Shown here: positions 58,719 to 64,000 of the stretch, one piece after another | Position numbering within the stretch: the first letter of the stretch is position 1 | Layout of the letters: each line of letters starts with the position of its first letter | Source of the DNA: Bacteroidia bacterium | GTDB lineage: Bacteria; Bacteroidota; Bacteroidia; NS11-12g; UBA955 | Reading direction: 5' to 3' | NCBI GenBank assembly: GCA_041391605.1 | Contig: JAWKNQ010000003.1 | Span: forward strand, 14,724-78,723 | Length of the DNA: 64,000 bases | Made by a program: the position numbers and the translations under genes | Notes under the pieces: generated by a model | What the model was told of the DNA's origin: nothing | The model's input: only the letters and a program-made list of their open reading frames with translations | Databases searched by the model: none

Positions 58719-61112
58719 TTAAGTTCTTTTAAAGATTTTTTGATACCATTTCTTACCCTCACGCTCGTCATCGTAGTATCCGTAACCATAGCCATATCCA
58801 TAACCATAACCATATTTGTTACCATATGTATTACGTTTATTCACATCGTTTATCACAACTGACAAATTATTGTAGTTTTTACTTTTGTATAAACTATTGA
58901 TATTGCTAATTACCATTTCTTTAGAATATCCAGAACGAACCACATAAATTGACAAATCACATCGCTTAAACACATTACTTGCATCTGTTACCAATCCAAT
59001 TGGGGGATTGTCAGCCATTATAATGTCGTATTCTAAAAACAATTGATCTATTAAATCATCGAATTCTTTTTTCAATAATAGTTCGTTTGGATTTGGAGGA
59101 ATTGGTCCTGCAGGGATTAAATCCAAATTGGCTAAAGTTGAATGTTTTATAGCATCTTTCCAATTTGTCATACCTGACAAAATGGAACTCATTCCACGAC
59201 TGTTGTCTACGTTAAACCCAACGTGAATTTTAGGCTTTCTCATATCAAGGTCAAGTATAACTACCTTCTTACCTGTTAGAGCCAATATACCTGCATAATT
59301 AATTGCAAAGAATGTTTTTCCTTCTCCACTAATTGTGGAAGTAACACCAATGATTTGTTTGTTCTTCTTAGGAAGCATAAAATCTGAATTAGTTCTAATC
59401 GATCTCAATGATTCACTAATTGAAGATTTAGGGTTTTTGTCAACTACAAGAATTGATGCGCTAAGCTTCTTTCTATAGGAAGGAATTGAACCTAAAATTG
59501 GAGCCATTAATTTATTTTCAATTTGCTGTTGACTGTAAATTACATTCATCAACAAATATTTAATCATAATAAATAAGGATATTGGTACCACACCAACTAG
59601 AAGAAATATTAACCAGACTTTTTTCTTGTTGGGCGAAATTGGAATATCAGAAACATAGGCATCAGATAAAATAGTAAACTCAGGAACTGTCCCCGCTTTT
59701 GATATTTGGTATTCTATCTGTTTCTCAATTAAATTCAAGTAATACTTCTCATAGAGTGAATTAAACCTTTGTATACGATTTAACTCTGTTTCTTTGGTTG
59801 GTAAACTTGAAAAATGAGCACTTAATTTACTTATTTTTGCATTTATCGAAGCAGCTTGCTCAGTTAAATACTTCTTTGATTCATTGATGTAATTTAAAAG
59901 TTGCGACTTAACAATTGAAATTTCAAGTTCGATTTTTTGTACGGGAATTGTGATTGATTTGTTTGATATTTTTAAAACTTCTCTCTGTTTATACAACGAA
60001 TTCAATTTATCAATTCCATTTGCAATTTGAATATCATCAATTCCAAACATCAGAGGAACTATGCTTTCTTTACTAGCATCTTCTTGCACAAAGTTTAAAA
60101 TTTCCGAATATTTTTCTCCTGCTTTTTTTAATTCATTGCGAGTTTTTTCGAGTTCTTCAAGCTTATTTACAATATCATTAAACTCTGAATTGGGTGAAAT
60201 TGAACCAGTTTGTGTGACAAAGGATTCTAAATCATTCTCATACTCTTCTAATTTTCTCGCAGTTTCCTCAATTTGAGTTTTGATAAACTGTAGAGTTTGC
60301 TCATGCGACTTTTGTTTTTTCTCAATGGACTGTTTAAGGTAAATGGTGTCGTAAGCGTTTACAATATCTCTTGCTTTTACTCTATTGTTATCAGAAAATG
60401 AAATAGATAATGTTCTCGCCTCGGTACTGGTGGCTTCAACAACAAGTTGATTCAACAAATAAGAAATTAACGCTCCTCGACTATTAATTCGAAACACATA
60501 TTCTTTTTTGTCAATTTCGAGCTCTTTGATATTTGTCCACTTCAGTGAAAATTTAAAATTCCCCAAAGAGATAACATCTCCAACTTTGTATAACTTCTCC
60601 TCCTTTTCTCCAGATTCAGTTTCAAAAAGTTTGAATTGATACTTATTAACAAATATGACAGAAAAATCTTTGTCGTACTCAGTAAACTCAGGTTCTGAAA
60701 GAATAATAACTTTAAAAGGACTGCTGTTGTATATCTCGGTGGTTAATATGTTTCCAATTGCGTAGTAGGATATATTTAAATCAATAAAATCAATTAACTC
60801 TTGAGCCACTCTTTGAGATTTAATTAATTCTATCTCTCCCTCTAAATTATCAGCTTGCACATTTTGAACGCTCGCAAATCCAACTTTTGAAGCTTCTTTT
60901 TGAATTTCCAATTTAATCAAAGAGCTGGCTGTGTATATGGGTTGGCTATATTTTAAATAATAATGCGCTCCAATTGCTGAGGCGATTATTGAAATAGGTA
61001 TCCAAAACCAATACTTTTTGAGAATTAGAATTAATTTTTCAATAGCAAATCCATCCGAATCATTAGGAATTCTATTGTCTATGTTGGCATTTTCTGATTC
61101 AAAATCTATCAT
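58719..61112 (-). CDS. polysaccharide co-polymerase / BY-tyrosine kinase fusion (Wzc-like)
   Basis: Wzz-like N-terminus with two TM segments and a long coiled periplasmic region. Walker A SGEGKTF, Walker A' ILDLDMRKP, and a C-terminal Tyr cluster. Confidence 0.88.
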   Translation of the reverse strand: MIDFESENANIDNRIPNDSDGFAIEKLILILKKYWFWIPISIIASAIGAHYYLKYSQPIYTASSLIKLEIQKEASKVGFASVQNVQADNLEGEIELIKSQRVAQELIDFIDLNISYYAIGNILTTEIYNSSPFKVIILSEPEFTEYDKDFSVIFVNKYQFKLFETESGEKEEKLYKVGDVISLGNFKFSLKWTNIKELEIDKKEYVFRINSRGALISYLLNQLVVEATSTEARTLSISFSDNNRVKARDIVNAYDTIYLKQSIEKKQKSHEQTLQFIKTQIEETARKLEEYENDLESFVTQTGSISPNSEFNDIVNKLEELEKTRNELKKAGEKYSEILNFVQEDASKESIVPLMFGIDDIQIANGIDKLNSLYKQREVLKISNKSITIPVQKIELEISIVKSQLLNYINESKKYLTEQAASINAKISKLSAHFSSLPTKETELNRIQRFNSLYEKYYLNLIEKQIEYQISKAGTVPEFTILSDAYVSDIPISPNKKKVWLIFLLVGVVPISLFIMIKYLLMNVIYSQQQIENKLMAPILGSIPSYRKKLSASILVVDKNPKSSISESLRSIRTNSDFMLPKKNKQIIGVTSTISGEGKTFFAINYAGILALTGKKVVILDLDMRKPKIHVGFNVDNSRGMSSILSGMTNWKDAIKHSTLANLDLIPAGPIPPNPNELLLKKEFDDLIDQLFLEYDIIMADNPPIGLVTDASNVFKRCDLSIYVVRSGYSKEMVISNINSLYKSKNYNNLSVVINDVNKRNTYGNKYGYGYGYGYGYGYYDDEREGKKWYQKIFKRT
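58773..58826 (-). repeat. coding Tyr-Gly repeat, YGNK(YG)6YY: the tyrosine cluster of the BY-kinase tail
   Basis: The + strand reads gtagtatccgtaaccatagccatatccataaccataaccata... An imperfect hexanucleotide periodicity with mixed Gly/Tyr codons. Confidence 0.85.
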
Positions 61113-61114
61113 AT

Positions 61115-61891
61115 CTAATTTGTTAAAGTATTTAACAGAACTGCCATGGTTAAGAGAACTTGAATAACATTAAAAACAAATACATTATCTCTTACACTCT
61201 CTGAACCAGGTCTTCTTACTGGTTCGATATATACAATATCATCGGGCTTTAAACTGACAATAGATTTTCTCATATCCTTGATAGTGCTTAAATTAACTAC
61301 CTTCACTTCTGGATTTTTCAAATCACCCCGAATTACTCGAATGTTGTACCCTTTAGATTTATCGTCCAACCCTCCATAAATTGCAATTGCCTCCAGTAAG
61401 GACATATTAGTTGTATATGGTAAAACAGTTCCTCCTTTGTTCCCAATAATTATTATTTTCTTATTGATAACTTTTGAAATAATATATACTCCATTGTAGT
61501 ACTTTTCATACTTTGAAGAGAGCAAACTATCTAATTGAGAGGTTTTTAAACCTACAACATTTAATTTGCCAATTAATGGAAAATGTGCCTCTCCAGTTTC
61601 AATCACTTCATATGTTGGTTTCTCAACAACTGTTTTATTGTCCTCACCATATATTTTTTGCGCAACTAAATTTCCTGAAGGATCTATAATTGCTTCACCT
61701 TCATTGGTAAAAACTGAAAATTGAATCTTATCTCCTATTTTTACTGGGTTTTGAACCACAACTTTTTCGTATGCTGAAGACCAATTAATATCATCTTCTT
61801 CTGTTTCTAAAATGATGTTTGATGTATAAGATTTACATCCTGAAAGAATCAAAAAAACTGAACTAGCAATCAAATAATAGTATTTTCTCAT
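61115..61891 (-). CDS. polysaccharide export outer-membrane lipoprotein (Wza-like)
   Basis: Lipobox ILSGC and a Poly_export/SLBB-like sequence. It lies directly upstream of the Wzc-like gene. Confidence 0.8.
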   Translation of the reverse strand: MRKYYYLIASSVFLILSGCKSYTSNIILETEEDDINWSSAYEKVVVQNPVKIGDKIQFSVFTNEGEAIIDPSGNLVAQKIYGEDNKTVVEKPTYEVIETGEAHFPLIGKLNVVGLKTSQLDSLLSSKYEKYYNGVYIISKVINKKIIIIGNKGGTVLPYTTNMSLLEAIAIYGGLDDKSKGYNIRVIRGDLKNPEVKVVNLSTIKDMRKSIVSLKPDDIVYIEPVRRPGSESVRDNVFVFNVIQVLLTMAVLLNTLTN

Positions 61892-62751
61892 TTTTTTATT
61901 AATCCTAATAAGTAAGTTCCATATCCACTTTTAACTAAAGGTAGAGCTAACTCTTCCAATTGCTGATCCGAAATGTACTTCATTCGCCAAGCCACCTCTT
62001 CAATACTTCCAATTTTAAGCGCTTGCCGTTCTTCAATTACTTGTACAAATTGTCCTGCTTGCATTAAACTACTAAATGTACCTGTATCTAACCATGCAGT
62101 ACCTCTTTCTAATATACCTACACGCAATTTTCCGCGATTCAGATACACCTTATTGACATCTGTTATTTCATATTCACCACGAGCCGATGGCTTCAAATTC
62201 GCAGCAATATCAACAACTTCATTGTCGTAAAAATACAAACCAGGAACAGCAAAGTTTGATTTTGGGTGATTTGGTTTTTCCTCAATACTTATCGCAGTGT
62301 TTTCTTCATCAAACTCAACCACTCCATAACGTTCTGGGTCACTCACATGATAGGCATAAATCACACCTCCATCAGGATCATTGTTACTTTGCAAGAGTTT
62401 TTGTAAGGATGCACCGAAAAAGATATTATCTCCTAAAATTAAAGCAACTTTATCCTTCCCAATAAAATCTTTCCCTATAACGAAGGCTTGCGCTAAACCA
62501 TTCGGTTCATTTTGAACTGCGTATTCGAATCTACACCCCAATTGACTACCATCTCCAAGCAATTTCTTGAAATTCGGCAAATCATGTGGCGTTGAAATTA
62601 TTAAAATCTCTTTAATTCCTGCCATCATTAATATACTTAGCGGATAGTATATCATTGGCTTATCATACACGGGCATCAATTGTTTACTTACCGCCAACGT
62701 TAATGGATGTAATCGTGTTCCGCTCCCCCCTGCTAAAATAATTCCTTTCAT
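61888..62751 (-). CDS. rmlA: glucose-1-phosphate thymidylyltransferase
   Basis: [18 protein letters not shown], 287 aa. Confidence 0.95.
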   Translation of the reverse strand: MKGIILAGGSGTRLHPLTLAVSKQLMPVYDKPMIYYPLSILMMAGIKEILIISTPHDLPNFKKLLGDGSQLGCRFEYAVQNEPNGLAQAFVIGKDFIGKDKVALILGDNIFFGASLQKLLQSNNDPDGGVIYAYHVSDPERYGVVEFDEENTAISIEEKPNHPKSNFAVPGLYFYDNEVVDIAANLKPSARGEYEITDVNKVYLNRGKLRVGILERGTAWLDTGTFSSLMQAGQFVQVIEERQALKIGSIEEVAWRMKYISDQQLEELALPLVKSGYGTYLLGLIKK

Positions 62752-63806
62752 TATCGATTTGAATACATGGTTTGATAGTATGTTTTATATGCACCAGTTG
62801 TTACATGTTCTAGCCATTCCTTATTTGCTAAATACCAGTCTACAGTTTTTTCCAAACCTTGTTCAAATGTAACAGATGGTTTCCAATTTAACTCATTCAT
62901 TAGTTTTGAAGAGTCTATGGCATACCTAAAATCGTGACCAGCTCTGTCTTTCACATATTCTATAAGTTGTTCAGATTCACCTAGATCTCTTTCTAATTTT
63001 TTATCCATTAATAGACAAAGGTGTTTAACTAAGTCGATGTTTTTCCACTCATTATTACCTCCAATATTATAAGTTTCTCCGTTTTTACCAGTGTGAAATA
63101 TAACATCAATCGCAGCAGCATGATCTTCAACAAATAACCAATCTCTTATATTTTCACCTTTGCCATATACTGGAAGTTTATTTTTATGGATGATATTGTT
63201 TATCATCAATGGAATTAATTTCTCTGGGAAATGATGTGACCCATAATTATTACTACAGTTGGATATTTTTACTGGAATCCCATACGTATGATGGTAAGCT
63301 CTTACAAAATGATCGCTGCTTGCTTTAGAAGCAGAATAAGGTGAATTCGGGTCATATGATGTTGTTTCAGTAAACTTGCCTTCATCCCCTAGTTGCCCAT
63401 AAACCTCATCTGTGCTTACGTGATAAAATAATTTATTTTCAAAATCACCATTCCAATATAGTTTGGCGGCGTTGAGTAGGTTTACAGTTCCAATTACATT
63501 TGTCATTACGAATTCCATTGGATTTTCTATAGAACGATCCACATGTGATTCAGCCGCTAAATGAATAATTGCATCAAATTTATGCTCATGAAACAATTCA
63601 TTCATCAATTTTGAATCCGTGATATCTGCCTTTATAAATGTGTAATTTGGCTTTCCTTCTATGTCCTTTAAATTTTCCAAATTACCGGCATATGTCAAAT
63701 TGTCGATATTGAAAATCTGATAATTTGGGTATTTATTTATAAAATGTCTCACTACATGAGAACCTATAAAACCAGCCCCTCCAGTAATTGCTATTCGTCT
63801 ACTCAT
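62751..63806 (-). CDS. rmlB: dTDP-glucose 4,6-dehydratase
   Basis: [23 protein letters not shown]. Confidence 0.95.
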   Translation of the reverse strand: MSRRIAITGGAGFIGSHVVRHFINKYPNYQIFNIDNLTYAGNLENLKDIEGKPNYTFIKADITDSKLMNELFHEHKFDAIIHLAAESHVDRSIENPMEFVMTNVIGTVNLLNAAKLYWNGDFENKLFYHVSTDEVYGQLGDEGKFTETTSYDPNSPYSASKASSDHFVRAYHHTYGIPVKISNCSNNYGSHHFPEKLIPLMINNIIHKNKLPVYGKGENIRDWLFVEDHAAAIDVIFHTGKNGETYNIGGNNEWKNIDLVKHLCLLMDKKLERDLGESEQLIEYVKDRAGHDFRYAIDSSKLMNELNWKPSVTFEQGLEKTVDWYLANKEWLEHVTTGAYKTYYQTMYSNR

Positions 63807-64000
63807 TATTGTAAATTCTCTAAAAACATGTCAAAAATCAATGTTGAATTTGGAGGAATCACATTTGGATAACCATTTGCGCCGTATGCTAAATGTGGCG
63901 GAATAATTGCTTTTACTTTCATCCCCTTATTCATCAATAAGATCATTTCCTTCCATCCTTCAATTACTGGTGGATTATCAACTTGAACTGAAAAGGGTTG
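63806..64000 (-). CDS. FKBP-type peptidyl-prolyl isomerase, C-terminal ~64 codons; the 5' end lies beyond the window edge
   Basis: My translation reads ...PFSVQVDNPPVIEGWKEMILLMNKGMKVKAIIPPHLAYGANGYPNVIPPNSTLIFDMFLENLQ*. The stop TAA overlaps the rmlB ATG (TAATG). Confidence 0.75.
   Translation of the reverse strand, partial: QPFSVQVDNPPVIEGWKEMILLMNKGMKVKAIIPPHLAYGANGYPNVIPPNSTLIFDMFLENLQ

Noticed and set aside
58773-58826. The (YG)n-coding tract as a slippage-prone microsatellite giving phase variation of the Wzc-like kinase.
   Set aside because: The repeat units use mixed synonymous codons (GGA/GGT/GGC and TAC/TAT), so there is no long perfect DNA repeat. Any slippage would also be in-frame (6-nt unit). 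It is the normal BY-kinase tyrosine cluster.
1-64000. I looked for CRISPR arrays, IS elements or transposases, prophage genes, rRNA, and large direct or inverted repeats.
   Set aside because: I recognised none. The only repeats are the short regulatory ones reported above. Longer dispersed repeats could escape visual inspection and would need a self-alignment dot plot.

Overview
This is a low-GC chromosomal segment, roughly one third G+C by eye. It looks like a Bacteroidota genome (Flavobacteriia/Cytophagia-like). The evidence for that is a murF-less dcw cluster, an FtsZ ending in ...YLHDNVD, GH3/Omp28/DUF4399-type genes, and many TAnnTTTG '-7' promoter boxes. I saw no transposase, phage gene, CRISPR array or rRNA.

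Content from left to right:
- A SulP transporter gene cut by the window edge, then a pentapeptide-repeat gene and a TfoX-N gene.
- The complete minus-strand division/cell-wall operon: mraZ-rsmH-ftsL-ftsI-murE-mraY-murD-ftsW-murG-murC-ftsQ-ftsA-ftsZ, plus a trailing outer-membrane gene.
- A decayed outer-membrane beta-barrel gene, then housekeeping genes (acyl-CoA dehydrogenase, lplA, xerD, dgkA, a GH3-family gene) and two tRNA-Leu genes.
- tig-clpP-clpX, a Crp/Fnr regulator, recQ and two glycosyltransferases.
- mutL and a rhomboid gene, then rpiB, tatC, fabG, dnaK, an alkaline phosphatase, pabA/trpG, purF and cobB.
- A UvrD-helicase/nuclease fusion.
- A Wza-Wzc-Wzh polysaccharide export module with rmlA and rmlB.

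The main observation is patchy gene breakage, not a new gene system. By my hand reconstruction, about 19 single-nucleotide indels and 3 in-frame stops fall in six genes: ftsQ, an OMP gene, tig, clpP, mutL and a rhomboid gene. These genes total about 6.3 kb. Every other long ORF in the remaining ~50 kb is intact.

mutL itself carries at least 7 frameshifts. That suggests a mismatch-repair-deficient, decaying (possibly host-restricted) lineage. The alternative is patchy homopolymer sequencing error, and only the reads can separate the two.

Other notable points are a textbook MraZ operator (three AAAGTGG boxes with 10-bp phasing) and many -7 boxes lying 1-10 nt from start codons, which implies leaderless or short-leader mRNAs.

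All family calls come from motifs I recognised by eye. No database search was possible.
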